A DNA stretch of 64,000 nt from an uncultured delta proteobacterium (lineage in GTDB: Bacteria; Desulfobacterota; Zymogenia; Zymogenales; Zymogenaceae), in assembly GCA_963792965.1 (NCBI GenBank), contig CAWBYW010000004.1, positions 64,001-128,000 on the forward strand. The letters are read 5' to 3'. The position numbers and the translations under genes were made by a program. Of this stretch, positions 48,481 to 60,601 are shown piece after piece. The notes under the pieces were generated by a model that was given only the letters and a program-made list of their open reading frames with translations, had not been told where the DNA came from and searched no databases. How positions within the stretch are numbered: position 1 is the stretch's first letter; each line of letters opens with the position of its first letter.

Positions 48481-49336
48481 ATGAACACCATGGAGACGGT
48501 TTGGAAATTCACCTTTCGACCCAGGGGGTACGTCGACCTTGCCCCGCTGGCAGCCGGTGAGAAGCTTTATCTCCTATCCAACTATTCCCTCTGGTGCCAC
48601 GACCTCCGCTGGGGGTACTATTACTTCAGGGAGCCGATACTCGGAGACCTAAAGAAGCTCCTCTTCCCCGAACGTGGATGGGTCAAGAGATTCGTCTGGT
48701 CCCGGGGGCTCCTTTTCCTGATGCTCGTCGACCGTTTCGACTCAACCTCAGAGATCGTCTTTGACCCCGTGAAACAAAAGATCGTCAAGGTTGATACCGC
48801 CCCCCTCTACGGCGCGGTAAAATATATCTTTAAGTCAGGCGTCAAGGTCGAGCGCTGCTTTGTGGATGGAAAGTATCCGGGAAGGAGTGACCGCGCACCT
48901 CCATCACGAAAAGACCCTCCTCTGGACGAGCGCAGACAAGCTGCGCCCCGCCATCAAATACACCGAGGTGGTGGGAGATATCCTGTTGGTGGGCGACACA
49001 ATCGTCGTCTGCCAGAACTACTTCGCGCGGAAACGCCATATGCCGGCCGGATTTTCGATCACCGCGTTCAACTACCGTACCGGGGAGGTCTGCTGGAACA
49101 TAGAATCGTATACCTATTCCCACCGATTGTTTCCCTCGGTCGTCGTAGACGATAACCTCTACATAACCGGGGGAGGGCACAACGACGGCTTCTTCAGGAA
49201 GATCGACCTCGTCTCGGGCAAGATTTTGACCCACGAGATGCTTCCCGCGGTCGATTCAGGGCTTGCCTATCATAAGGGTGTCTTTTTCTTCGGGGCGGGC
49301 GGAGAGGTTGTCGCCATGAGGGAAGATCACAGATGA
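48481..49336 (+). CDS. PQQ-like beta-propeller protein (frameshift near 48870)
   Basis: WKF, AFNYRTGEVCW, IDLVSGKI repeats. Confidence 0.55.
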
Positions 49337-49392
49337 GGAAGGCGGGCGCGATGGGATGAGACACATCATCAAGGCATCTAAACGGAAAAGCG

Positions 49393-49424
49393 ACCGGACA
49401 CGGGGAAAAGCCCGTGTCCGGTTT
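49393..49424. terminator. Hairpin between convergent genes
   Basis: ACCGGACACGGG-GAAAAG-CCCGTGTCCGGT. Confidence 0.65.
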
Positions 49425-49448
49425 CCTTTGTCCGTCACGCGCCTTCGG

Positions 49449-50165
49449 TTATATCCACTTGAGGATACCCATGAAGAGGATGAGACAGACGATATCGACG
49501 GCGTACATCGACGATACGACCGTGATCTTCTTCTTCATGGACGGCATGTCGTAGACCCAGAAGGAGAAGAACATGTAGAGGGAATAGCCGATGATGATGA
49601 TCAGAATCGGGTTATACCAGTTCCACCACCAGTATTGCCAGATCAAGGCGTTCCAGCGGTTAAGGATGATCTCGACGATGACACAGAGGATCGCGTTTGA
49701 GAAGGCGAAAAAGACGCGGTTGGGGATGCCCATGATCTTCATCTTCTTGTCTTTTGGGAGCACCTTGGCAAAGACGATCCCCATGAAGGCAAACATCAGA
49801 CAGATCTCGATGTTGAGGCCGACCGTGATGACGAAGGCGCTATTGCGTCGCACCCGTAGCAGCATTTACGCCGGTGACCGTCCAAACAGCCGATGTCCCG
49901 TGGACATAGAGGAAGATCGCGTTGAGGATTTCGAGGAACCACTCAAGACCCCAGAAGGCGAGCCCGCCATGATAACGTTCCAGTTCTTCCTCTCGACCTC
50001 GTTGAAGTAGACGTAGAAGACGAGGACGAAAATGGGGACGAGGTACCACTGGAAAAAGTCGGGGCTCCTCAGGTTCAGGATCGCCTGGTTGGTCGCCTCG
50101 GTGTAGCCCGGGTCCGGCATAAGGCCGATGGCCCGGTTTGACAGCTCAAGAAAGATCGCGTTCAT
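49449..50165 (-). CDS. Conserved hypothetical membrane protein (frameshifted)
   Basis: FQWYLVP...NWN + GLAFWGLEW + GLNIEICLMFAFMG fragments. Confidence 0.7.
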
Positions 50166-50438
50166 GCCATACCTCCCTATAGTTTACACAACTTTTCAAT
50201 CAGTGACGACGGCGCGCGGCCTCGTGCACGGTACGGTTTGGCTCACGTTGCCCCGGTCTTTCTCGACCGGGACGGCTGGGGCGGGTCCCTGGGGCCGGCC
50301 TGTTACCTCTCCTGCGACGGGAGTCTGCTTTTAACGTGAAGAGATTGTAACAGATGTGATAGGATGAGGACAAGATAAAAAGCAATGACGGTCCGGTATC
50401 GGCAGGTGTCTGAGGTATCATTTCGGATAGGATGTGCG

Positions 50439-50870
50439 ATGGACGGAAACTCAATTCTCATCGGGGTAGGTGCGCTGGTGGAGGACCAGGAGGAAAGAAT
50501 CCTCCTGGTCAGGCACAAGAAGGAGAGGGGCGGGTACTGGCAGGGGAAGTGGATCCTTCCGGGGGGAATGCTCGAGGTCGGGGAGACGATCGACGAGGGA
50601 ATCGTGCGGGAGGTGAGGGAGGAGACGGGCCTTGCCGTCGAGATCGTCCCAACGGACGTGGAGCCGATGGAAAGGATCGTGCGGGACAACGGGAGAGTCG
50701 TCCTCCATGTCGTCTATATCGTCAAGCGCGCGCGGGTTGCCGGGGGTGTGCTTTCCCCGGCAAGTGACGTGGGCGAGGCGATGTGGGTGAAACGGGAGGA
50801 GCTTGCCGCTCTGAGAGATGAGCTCCATCCGGACACGACCAGGATATTGGAGCAGTTCGGGATCACGTAG
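50439..50870 (+). CDS. NUDIX hydrolase
   Basis: Nudix box PGGMLEVGET...REVREETGL. Confidence 0.93.
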   Translation: MDGNSILIGVGALVEDQEERILLVRHKKERGGYWQGKWILPGGMLEVGETIDEGIVREVREETGLAVEIVPTDVEPMERIVRDNGRVVLHVVYIVKRARVAGGVLSPASDVGEAMWVKREELAALRDELHPDTTRILEQFGIT

Positions 50871-51056
50871 GTAGCGACCGGCCGAAAATTACGGGCGCGG
50901 CTCAAGACATCAAGCCACTTGTCTCATATTTTCACTAGTTCTTCATCTGTACTACGATATCGTACATCTCTTCCAGAGAATCTAAGAAAACGCTTGACAT
51001 ATCAGTACAATTAACTAAAATTACTCCATTAGAAAAATCTAATGGAGGTAATCTCT

Positions 51057-52839
51057 ATGATAAGAAAGACGCTCTTAGTATCCGTATTTTCGGTGCTCCT
51101 GATTGCCGCGTTTGCGGCCGTGGCGGGGGCACAGGACTCGATCTACATCTCGGAGCCGACCGTGGTGGATATGCCCAAGATCCTCCCGCGGTATGATGCC
51201 TCGCTCTGGAACATGGATTTCAGGGACAACCCGGCGCTGCTTTAAGCTTGACTGCCCGTACGAGCTCATCTCCGATTTCTATTATCTCGGCGGCTACCGG
51301 CACATCTCGACGGACGCACTGGGCCAGATTCGCTCCATTTCGTCTCCCAGCCGGCCTTCAGCTCTACGGGCCACCGAGATGACCTACTACGCCCACGGGC
51401 TGGGGGCCGACGTCGGGTTCGCGCTCAAGCTCAATGACCGGGCGAACGTCGCCGCCGTATTCGGCTACCGGTGGAACCACGTGAGCGGCGACGGAGACGT
51501 CTCCGACGTCTGGCGGCGGTTTGCGCCGTTTACCGCGTGGCGGGGATTTTAACGGATCGGTCGACGAGAATTTCAACGGCCATACCTTCGGCGCGTCGCT
51601 GCTCTTTTCCAGCGTCCTTACCGATAAGGTCACCTTCGGCGCCGGGTTCAAGCTTGCATACATACAAGATAAGTACGACAGCGACATGACCGGGTTCGGC
51701 GCGAGCAACGGGATCCTCTCCACCGGAACGGAGAGCGCAGTCACCGATCGCGACCTGACTCTGAACTACCGGCGGTTCGGCCCCGTCCTCGGGATTTCCG
51801 TGAAGCCGTCGTCGATGCTGACGATAGACGCCTCGCTTGAAGCCGGGTTCTACGTCGGCGACGTCGAGAAGGAATCGACGCTTGCGCAGGACTTCACTAT
51901 GATAATCAGGCCGGCTTCAGACCTTTACACCGAGGACCTCGGCTCGAGCGACCTCAACGGGTGGGACCTGGCGGCGAAGGTGAAGCCGGAGATCATTCTT
52001 TCCGACGCGATTTCGGTGCCCCTCATCGTCGCGTTCAACTACCGGGACTTCCGCTGGAACGTCGACGGGACCTCTATCGGCTTCATTCGAGCCCTTCAAT
52101 CTGCTGGACGTGGCGCTTGGGGAGGGAACCGTCGCCTATGACAGACAGACGACCACGCTGGGACATCTCAGGCGGGGCCGGGCTGAAATACCGCGCGGGG
52201 TGGGGCACGCTGACGGGGCTCCTCGCCTATACGCACCGGGACTACCGGGACAGCTACGGCATCGACGATCAATAAGGACGTCACCCCTTCCACTTGGTGG
52301 CCTTTACGCAGCGGGATAAGGAGACCAAGGACATCCTCTCCCTCGGCGTGGTCTTCGAGAAGGAATTTTCCTCCACGCTTTCGGCTGACCTCGGGATGTG
52401 CTACGACATCGGCTGGGGTACCCGGAATATCTACACGACCCTCGCGTCGGTCTTCGAAACATTTCCGATCCCGTCGCCGCAGCTCCTCATCAAGAACGAC
52501 GGGAGCGGCAAATTCCAGGACCTGACCCTCACTACCCACCTCACGGTCAAGCCGACAGATCGGCTCTCGCTTGCTTTCGGCGGCATGGTGAAGATTCCGC
52601 TGGAAACCCTCGACTACGATACGAACGGAAACGCGGCCGGTCTGGAAGCCTTTCCGCTTGCAGATCGGCCCGGGTACTTCTTCGGCGGCCCGTTCTTCAT
52701 GGGATACGAGTCCAGGGGCTGGGACTGGGGCGGCCTCTTTTCGGTCACCTACGAGTTCGGTTGCCCGAAACCGGTGCCCCCGGTCGTTCCTGCCCCGCCC
52801 GCTCCTGCTCCTCAGCTGACGCCAATGAGCCAGCGGTAA
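51057..52839 (+). CDS. Putative outer-membrane beta-barrel protein (several frameshifts)
   Basis: Signal peptide, alternating aromatic/Gly strands, FSVTYEFG followed by a Pro-rich tail; upstream TTGACA-N16-TAAAAT. Confidence 0.6.
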
Positions 52840-52874
52840 CCGTCAGCGGAATGAACGCATAAGCCACTAACATC

Positions 52875-52908
52875 AAGGGGTGATCCGTTGGATCACCCCT
52901 TCTCTTTT
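52875..52908 (+). terminator. Intrinsic terminator
   Basis: AAGGGGTGATCC-GTT-GGATCACCCCTT-CTCTTTT. Confidence 0.75.
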
Positions 52909-53225
52909 ACATGATATGGGGATATGTTCAACAAACGCGGTATTACGCCGGAGGCCGCAGTGAGTCGGATATGCCGGTCAGGAATCAGCTTGCCGTCGCC
53001 TTCGAGGAGAATGAAGCACTTAAAGAGGTGGCCAAAGAGCTCTCAAAAGAGCAATGGAAGCAGTTTCTCCGGGGTGTGGGGGGTTAGTGCGGGAGTCCTG
53101 ACGATCCCTATTCTGAGCCTTCTTCTGTCCGGACGGAACGATACAATCACGGCGGGTTAGTTATCGTTTCGGTTATCACGCAGTGGATAGCGTTTCCCTC
53201 AAGCGATCCAACCCATTGATATTAT

Positions 53226-53299
53226 TGGCTGGGGGACGAGGATTCGAACCTCGGTTCATGGATCCAGAGTCCACTGTCCTGCCGCTAGACGATCCCCCA
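53226..53299 (-). tRNA. tRNA-Gln (CTG)
   Basis: TGGGGGATCGTCTAGCGGCAGGAC...CTCTGGA...GGTTCGAATCCTCGTCCCCCAGCCA; cloverleaf with encoded CCA. Confidence 0.96.
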
Positions 53300-53358
53300 G
53301 TAGTACTCGATCGTGACCAATCTTTTATAGATAAGCTAAAAGCCGTGCGATGTCAATA

Positions 53359-54381
53359 CTATTTCAGATATTTTTTCAGATCGGAAGCGATTTTTTCGGG
53401 AAACTCGTCGGTGGCCGCCTCGCCTAAAATTACCTCGAAATAGGACTGGTCGTTCCGGGCAAAGGGGGCGAACTTTGTGCGCACCATCATCCTCATGAGC
53501 AGCCGATAGCTCGATTCGGCCCCGGCGACCGAATAGATCCCAAGGTTGAAAGCGTTATTGCCGGTGTGTCGGTAGTAGGCCTGCACCGCAACGATCCCTT
53601 CCGAGAGGTCGGCAAGCTCCCAGTCCGATACATCCCTGAAGTCCGACCGGTTCTCAAAAATCGCCCAGACCTCTTTCTGTCCGCGCGGGGCAAACGGGGT
53701 GAGCCACGCGACGTCGCCGTGCCGGGAGATGATGCGCTCTTTTGTATGCTCTTCCCTCTCGATGAGGTGCTCCCAGAAACAGCGCCCCCTGTCTATGAGA
53801 TAGTCCCTGGAGCCGACCGAGAGCGCCCGAAGAAAATTGGTCGGGATCGCGACGATGTTGATCTGAAAATGGGGATGAATGAGGGTGCCGCCGGAAGAGG
53901 GGAGGTAGTTCTGTGTGACGGCGGCGTAGCGTACCCCGGGGTCGGCCTCAAATACGCGGCTGATATACGCACGCGCGTTGATGAGGTTATCCGTATACTC
54001 CGCGGGAGTAAAGTCACCGATCTCTATGAAGTGCTCCGGAGAAAAAGTCGAAACCGCGCTGTGGCGTCCGTAGGGAAAGAGGTTGGGGAAGAGGATCGAC
54101 TTGTTGCGGATAAACATACCCTCCGCGACGAGGTCCGGGGGGAAGCTCGGCGTCGCTTTTTCGATTCGCCCGGGGCAGAAAGGGCACCCCTTTTTGCTCT
54201 CGCGGACCCTCTCGCGGTAGGGAGGATTATCAAAATCGACGGGCGGATCATCAACGCGGTGAAGCGTTATGCGGGCGGTGTCGCCGGTGAGAGGATCCAC
54301 GCGGATCTCCGTCTTGATTCCGACGGGCGCCTTCTCGCCCGGCCTGATGATGAATGCCTCTTCCTCGAATTTCTTGAACAC
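53359..54381 (-). CDS. galT: Galactose-1-phosphate uridylyltransferase family protein
   Basis: RVDPLTG, CPFC, FPNLFP, HPHFQ nucleophile motif. Confidence 0.85.
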   Translation of the reverse strand: MFKKFEEEAFIIRPGEKAPVGIKTEIRVDPLTGDTARITLHRVDDPPVDFDNPPYRERVRESKKGCPFCPGRIEKATPSFPPDLVAEGMFIRNKSILFPNLFPYGRHSAVSTFSPEHFIEIGDFTPAEYTDNLINARAYISRVFEADPGVRYAAVTQNYLPSSGGTLIHPHFQINIVAIPTNFLRALSVGSRDYLIDRGRCFWEHLIEREEHTKERIISRHGDVAWLTPFAPRGQKEVWAIFENRSDFRDVSDWELADLSEGIVAVQAYYRHTGNNAFNLGIYSVAGAESSYRLLMRMMVRTKFAPFARNDQSYFEVILGEAATDEFPEKIASDLKKYLK

Positions 54382-54447
54382 GTTACGCTCGCCTCTTTCA
54401 AGCCGGCAGCCGGCGCCGCTCCTTAAAGAGAGCGGGCGCGAGACCGT

Positions 54448-54621
54448 TCAGATGTCCCATCTCCTGAAGACAAGATAGATGATCAAAAGGGTGATGATCG
54501 GGAGGTTTGCGGAAAGAAGGTCGAGCCGGTTTCTCCCGATCTCGACGTAGAGGTTCATCCCGATGAAGACGAGCATCACGAAAAACGGTGTCTCCGCGAT
54601 AATCCACTTGGCGATGTTCAC
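54448..54621 (-). CDS. Small membrane protein
   Basis: GTG start, two hydrophobic segments. Confidence 0.5.
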   Translation of the reverse strand: MNIAKWIIAETPFFVMLVFIGMNLYVEIGRNRLDLLSANLPIITLLIIYLVFRRWDI

Positions 54622-54658
54622 GGCGTCTTGCTCCCGTACCTGATTTAGGGTTGACGAC

Positions 54659-54945
54659 CTATACGGCCTTTCGGGTATTTTCCTCGATGGCAATAACGAG
54701 CAGGATGATTTCTGCGCCCGCATAGAATAAGAGGAAGTGCAACAGGCCCAACAGCACCACAAAAAGCCCCATCACGGCTCCCCCCATCACGCCGAGGAAC
54801 GGCCCGTAGGGTCCCAACTGGAGAGGGGTCATTGTGCCGGCGACGGTGACGATGAGGGCGCCGACGACGGCGCCGATGAGGACGATCCAGGCGATCACTT
54901 TCAGCTCACGGAAAAAAATCTTAAGAACCGGAATCTCTTTTCCAT
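54659..54945 (-). CDS. Small membrane protein (frameshift near the start)
   Basis: AGGAGG RBS; LKVIAWIV...AEIILLVIAIEENTR. Confidence 0.6.
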
Positions 54946-54995
54946 GCGCCTTCCTCCTTTTGCCGGGGTTCACCTGAAAGGCGACCCCATCCCGT

Positions 54996-57900
54996 TTATG
55001 GGCGGACCCTCGGGATTTTATGGAACTCCTGGAGCGCTCTGACCTCGAGCTTGCCCGTGTGGACGGCCTCAAGCCCTTCGACGGCGGCCCGTGCCCCGGA
55101 GATAGTGGTAAAGGTCGGGATATTATGGAGGAGCGTATTCTTGCGTATGTAGTAGGAGTCCCTGATGGATTGCTTTCCGATGGCGGTGTTGATGACTATC
55201 TGGACCCCTCCGCTCTTGATCTTGTCCACGACGTTCGGGCGCTGCTTTTCCTTGAGCTTGAAGACGAACTGGGCGGGCACGCCGTTTTCGGTGAGAAACC
55301 GATGGGTCCCCGTGGTGGCGAGGATAAGAAAGCCCATTTCGGACGAGCTTCCGTGCCACGGGCAGGAGCGGCTCCTTGTCGCTGTCTCTGACGCTGACGA
55401 ATACCGTCCCGTTGTGCGGGAGGTGCAGCCCGGAGGCTACCTGCGCCTTATAGAAGGCGCGCCCGAAGTTGTTGTCGATCCCCATGACCTCACCGGTTGA
55501 GCGCATCTCCGGGCCGAGCAGGATATCGGTGCCCGGGAACTTGGCAAAGGGGAAGACCGACTCCTTTACGGAGATATGCTTGGGGATGATCTCTTTGGGG
55601 AGGCCCATGTCTTTCAGCTTTTCGCCGGTCATGACCCGGGCCGCAATCTTGGCCAGCGGCACGCCGATGGCCTTGCTCACGAAGGGTACGGTACGGCTGG
55701 CGCGGGGGTTGACCTCGAGGATGTAAACCTCGCCGTTTTTCAGGGCGAACTGGACGTTCATGAGCCCCACCACGCCCAGCTCGAGGGCAAGCTGCCGAGA
55801 CTGTTCCTTGATCTTTTTGACGATCTTGTCGGCGATCGAGAAGGTCGGCAGGCTCATGGCGCTGTCGCCGGAGTGGATGCCGGCCTCTTCGATATGCTCC
55901 ATTACACCGCCGATGAAGACGTCCGTGCCGTCGGCAACGACGTCCACGTCGATCTCGATGGCGTCCGACAGGAACTTATCGATAAGCACCGGGTGCTCGG
56001 GACTGGCAAGCACCGCCAGCCTCATATAGTTTCTCAGGTCTTCCTCGTCGTAGACGATCTCCATCGCCCTCCCTCCCAGCACATAGGAGGGCCGTACCAG
56101 CACCGGGTAGCCGATGTCGCGGGCAATCGTTACCGCCTCGTCGGCGGAGCGGGCAATCCCGTTTTCGGGCTGTTTGAGGCCGAGTTTGTTGAGGAGCTCC
56201 AGGAAACGCTCGCGGTCCTCGGCCCGGTCGATGGAGTCGGGGCTGGTCCCGATGATCGGGACCCCGCGCGCTCAAGCGCAACCGAAAGGCGCAGCGGGGT
56301 CTGGCCGCCGAACTGGACGATGACTCCGTGGGGCCTCTCTTTTTTCACGATGTTGAGGACGTCCTCGAAGGTGAGGGGCTCAAAGTAGAGGCGGTCGGAG
56401 GTATCATAGTCGGTGCTGACCGTCTCGGGGTTGCAGTTGACCATGATCGTCTCGTAGCCCGCCTCGGACAGGGCGAAGGCGCCATGGACGCAGCAGTAGT
56501 CGAACTCGATCCCCTGTCCGATTCGGTTGGGCCCGCCGCCGAGGATCATGATCTTCTTCTGATCGGTGGGGGCCGCCTCGCACTCGGTCTCGTAGGTGGA
56601 GTAGAGATACGGGGTGTGCGCCTCGAATTCCGCGGCGCAGGTATCCACGCGCTTGAAGACCGGCTCGACGCCGTGGTCTTCCCGCAGTTTTCTGAACTCG
56701 ATCTCGGCGAATCCCCATCAATTCGGCCATGCGGGAATCTGAAAAGCCGTACTCCTTGGCCTCACGGAAGTAGTACTTGAACTGCTCGTTTCCGAGCTCG
56801 CCTTTATGGTCGGCAGAGGATCTTGATTTCCTGTTCCATCTCCACGATCTGGGAAATATTGGCGAGGAACCAGCGGTCGATCTTCGTGATCTCGTGGACC
56901 TTCTCCACGGAGACGCCGTTACGGAACGCCTCGGCTACCAGGAGGATCCGCTCCGGGATCGGCGTACCGAGCCTTCCGACGATCAGCTCCTGGCGCTTCT
57001 TCGCAGGCAGCGCGCGCTCATCGTCCGAAAGCGGGTCCGAGAAACCGTTGTAACCGTATTCGAGGGAAACGCAGGGCTTTCTGGATCGACTCCTTGAAGG
57101 TCCTCCCGATGGCCATGGCCTCGCCCACCGACTTCATCTGGGTGGTAAGCGACGGATCGGTCTGGGGGAACTTCTCGAAGGTAAATCGCGGGATCTTGGT
57201 GACGACGTAGTCGATCGTCGGCTCAAAGGACGCCGGCGTCTCGCGGGTGATGTCGTTGGTGATCTCATCGAGCCGGTACCCGACGGCGAGCTTGGCCGCG
57301 ATCTTGGCGATGGGGAAACCCGTCGCTTTGCTGGCAAGGGCGGAGCTGCGCGACACGCGGGGATTCATCTCGATGACCACGATCTTTCCGTCCTCGGGAT
57401 TTACGGCAAACTGGATATTGCTCCCGCCGGTATCAACGCCGATCTCCCGAATGATGGCGATCGAGGCGTCCCGCATGATCTGGTATTCCTTGTCCGAGAG
57501 GGTCTGGGCGGGCGCGACGGTGATGGAATCTCCGGTATGAATCCCCATCGGGTCGAGGTTCTCGATCGAACAGATGATGACGACGTTGTCGGCGCCATCT
57601 CGCATCACCTCGAGCTCGAACTCCTTCCAGCCGAGCACGGACTGCTCGATGAGCACCCTACCCACCGGGCTCTGGGCGATCCCCCACCGGACATACTCGA
57701 CGAACTCCTCGCGGTTAAACGCGATGTTGCCGCCGGTTCCCCCGAGGGTGAATGAGGGCCGAATGATCGCGGGAAAGCCGACCATGGAGAGAACCTCGTC
57801 GGCTTCCTGAAACGACGAGGCATAGCCGCTGTCGGGCAGCTTGAGGCCGATCTTCGTTATCGCCGCCTTGAAGAGGTTTCTATCCTCGGCCTTTTCTATG

Positions 57901-58265
57901 GCCTCGTAGCGGGCCCCGATCAGCTCTACGTGGTATTTATCAAGGACGCCGTTCCTGACGAGCTCGACCGCGATGTTGAGGCCGGTCTGGCCCCCGAGGG
58001 TGGGGAGCAGACAGTCGGGCCGCTCTTTTTTGATGATCTTTTCCACGACCTCGGGGATGATCGGCTCGACGTAGGTGGCGTGGGCGAATTCGGGGTCGGT
58101 CATGATGGTGGCGGGATTGGAGTTGATGAGGACGACCTCGTACCCCTCCTCTTTGAGGGCCTTGACGGCCTGAGTGCCGGAGTAGTCGAATTCGCAGGCC
58201 TGCCCGATGATGATCGGGCCCGAGCCGATAATGAGGATCTTCTTGATATCGGTCCGCTTCGGCAT
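54996..58265 (-). CDS. carB: Carbamoyl-phosphate synthase large subunit (several frameshifts)
   Basis: [63 protein letters not shown] domain. Confidence 0.96.
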
Positions 58266-58267
58266 CG

Positions 58268-59398
58268 CTATTTGCAGTCCTTCATGAGCTTTGCGAAATC
58301 TTCGAAGAGATACCCGGCGTCGTGGGGGCCGGGAGATGCCTCCGGGTGGTACTGGACGCAGAAGAGCGGCAGTCCCGTGTGCCTCAGGCCCTCGACGGTG
58401 TTGTCATTGAGGTTGACGTGAGTGACCTCGACATCAGCCGGCAGCGAGTCGGTATCAACGGCGAAGCCGTGGTTCTGGGCGGTGATCTCGACCTTCCCCG
58501 TCGCCAGGTTCTTGACGGGCTGATTTGCTCCCCGGTGACCGAACTTCAATTTATAGGTCTTGCCGCCGATTGCCAGCGCGACCAGCTGGTGGCCGAGGCA
58601 AATGCCGAAGATCGGCTTCTTGCCGAGAAGCTTCTTGATCTCGTTGATCGCGTAGGGCACCCCTTCGGGGTCCCCGGGGCCGTTGGAGAGAACGATGCCG
58701 TCGGGTTTCAGGGACAGCACGACGTCGGCCGGGGTTGAGGCCGGAACGACCTTTACCCTGATCCCGAGGGCGACCAGCGAGATGAGGATATTTTCTTTGA
58801 TCCCGTAGTCGTACGCGACGACCATAAGCCCCGTATCCCTATGGCGTCGATGCGGGTTGCCGGTGATAGAGGAGAGATCGGCGGGCTCCTTCTTGAACTC
58901 GTAGATGGTGTCCGTCGTGACCTCCTTGACGAGGTCGCGGCCGACCAATCCCGGCGAGCCCTTTGCCTTTCGGACGAGGATATCGGGTGTCATGTCTACG
59001 GTGGAGATGACGGCCTTCATGGCGCCCGCCGTTCTGATATGGCGGGTGAGCGAGCGGGTATCGACTCCCTGGATGCCGATGATATTGTGGCGCTTGAGAA
59101 AGGCGCCGAGCTCCTCGTGAGACCGGAAGTTGCTCGCGATGGGGGAGACCTCCTTGACGACGAAGCCCTCCACCTGCGGCATCCACGATTCCTGGTCCAC
59201 GGGATTGATGCCGTAGTTTCCTATCTGGGGGTAGGTCATCGTGACGATCTGACCCTTGTAGGAGGGGTCGCTGAGGACTTCCTGGTAGCCGGTCATGGCG
59301 GTATTGAAGACGACCTCGCCGTCCCGGATCCCGTCGGCGCCGAACGCGCGTCCGTAGTAGATCGTTCCGTCTTCCAGCGCGATGGCGGCGTTTTTCAT
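58268..59398 (-). CDS. carA: Carbamoyl-phosphate synthase small subunit
   Basis: [38 protein letters not shown]. Confidence 0.97.
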   Translation of the reverse strand: MKNAAIALEDGTIYYGRAFGADGIRDGEVVFNTAMTGYQEVLSDPSYKGQIVTMTYPQIGNYGINPVDQESWMPQVEGFVVKEVSPIASNFRSHEELGAFLKRHNIIGIQGVDTRSLTRHIRTAGAMKAVISTVDMTPDILVRKAKGSPGLVGRDLVKEVTTDTIYEFKKEPADLSSITGNPHRRHRDTGLMVVAYDYGIKENILISLVALGIRVKVVPASTPADVVLSLKPDGIVLSNGPGDPEGVPYAINEIKKLLGKKPIFGICLGHQLVALAIGGKTYKLKFGHRGANQPVKNLATGKVEITAQNHGFAVDTDSLPADVEVTHVNLNDNTVEGLRHTGLPLFCVQYHPEASPGPHDAGYLFEDFAKLMKDCK

Positions 59399-59521
59399 AG
59401 GGGCATGACCTCCAGACTTCAATAAAAAACTATATCGAAATTGTGCCGGAATTTCAAGACAATTGTGGACTCGCGCCGATTTATGGGGTATACTTAAGCG
59501 CTTTTATGCAAAGGATTCCGC

Positions 59522-60088
59522 GTGATCCCGACAAGAGACCGATGTCTCATCATCCTCAAAGAATATAACGTTCCGGAAAACATCGTCGGACACAGCATCG
59601 TTGTCGAGCGGGTGGCTCTTTTTTTGGCGGCGCGGCTTATTGATGCCGGAAACGAGATGGACGTGGGGCTCCTCTCGGCGGGGGCGCTGTTGCACGACAT
59701 CGCGAAGATGCAGGGGATCAGGGAGGGCCGTCCCCACGGTGACCTCGGGGCCGCCGTATCCGACGATCTCGGCTTTCATGAGGTCTCGCCGATCATTCGC
59801 CAGCACGTCAGGCTTGACGACTGGACCGACAACGGCCGCATCGATGAGGCAAAGCTCGTCAACTACGCCGATAAACGGGTGAACCACGAACAGATCGTGA
59901 GCCTTGACGAGAGATTCGAATACCTGTTTGAGCGATACGGCGCGGTTTCAGATGCGGCGATGGAGCGAATGAAGGAGATGAAACGGCACATGGAGACGAT
60001 CGAGACGCAGATTTTCAGAAGGCTTTCCATTAAGCCCGGTGACATCGAGCGGCTGATAGAGGAGGAAGGGCGTGGATTTCATTCTTGA
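59522..60088 (+). CDS. HD-domain (HDIG) protein
   Basis: GHS, LLHDIAK, H, QH, YADKRV. Confidence 0.85.
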   Translation: MIPTRDRCLIILKEYNVPENIVGHSIVVERVALFLAARLIDAGNEMDVGLLSAGALLHDIAKMQGIREGRPHGDLGAAVSDDLGFHEVSPIIRQHVRLDDWTDNGRIDEAKLVNYADKRVNHEQIVSLDERFEYLFERYGAVSDAAMERMKEMKRHMETIETQIFRRLSIKPGDIERLIEEEGRGFHS

Positions 60089-60530
60089 TAGGCTTGCCAT
60101 CGGAGACCTCTCCGACGCGAAGAACACCACCATGCTGCGTGAGTGCGGCATCACGGCGATCATCAATGTCGCCAAGGAAGCCCAGTATGAGCCGGAGATG
60201 AAGTTCTTCGATTACTACAAGGTGAGCATCGACGACGGCCAGGCGATGGATTTCTCTCATCTCTCGGAGGCGGTCGAATTTATCCACAGCAGGATCCGTC
60301 ACGGGAGGGTGCTCGTGCACTGTCTGATGGGCGTGAGCAGATCGTCGACGATCGTGCTGTGCTATCTCCATGAATGCGGCTTTTCGCTGAGGGAGGCGAT
60401 GAACCTCATCAAGAAGAAGCGGCCCGAGGCCCAGCCGCATATCGCCCTCTATAATTCGGTCAGGGAATATTATCAGGAGAAAGAGGGGGAGCACAGGAGA
60501 AGGCTCCTCAGCCAAAAGGAGGAAGCCTGA
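60072..60530 (+). CDS. Dual-specificity protein phosphatase
   Basis: VLVHCLMGVSRS (CX5R) with an upstream DD loop. Confidence 0.92.
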   Translation: MDFILDRLAIGDLSDAKNTTMLRECGITAIINVAKEAQYEPEMKFFDYYKVSIDDGQAMDFSHLSEAVEFIHSRIRHGRVLVHCLMGVSRSSTIVLCYLHECGFSLREAMNLIKKKRPEAQPHIALYNSVREYYQEKEGEHRRRLLSQKEEA

Positions 60531-60601
60531 TGGTCGACGGCGCCGGACGAGCCGGCGCGCAATCATACGTGCGGAAACATACAATGAGCATGAGGTGCGG
60601 C

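Noticed and set aside
53100-53299. tRNA-Gln as an island integration site
   Set aside because: No integrase and no duplicated tRNA 3' end were seen in the window
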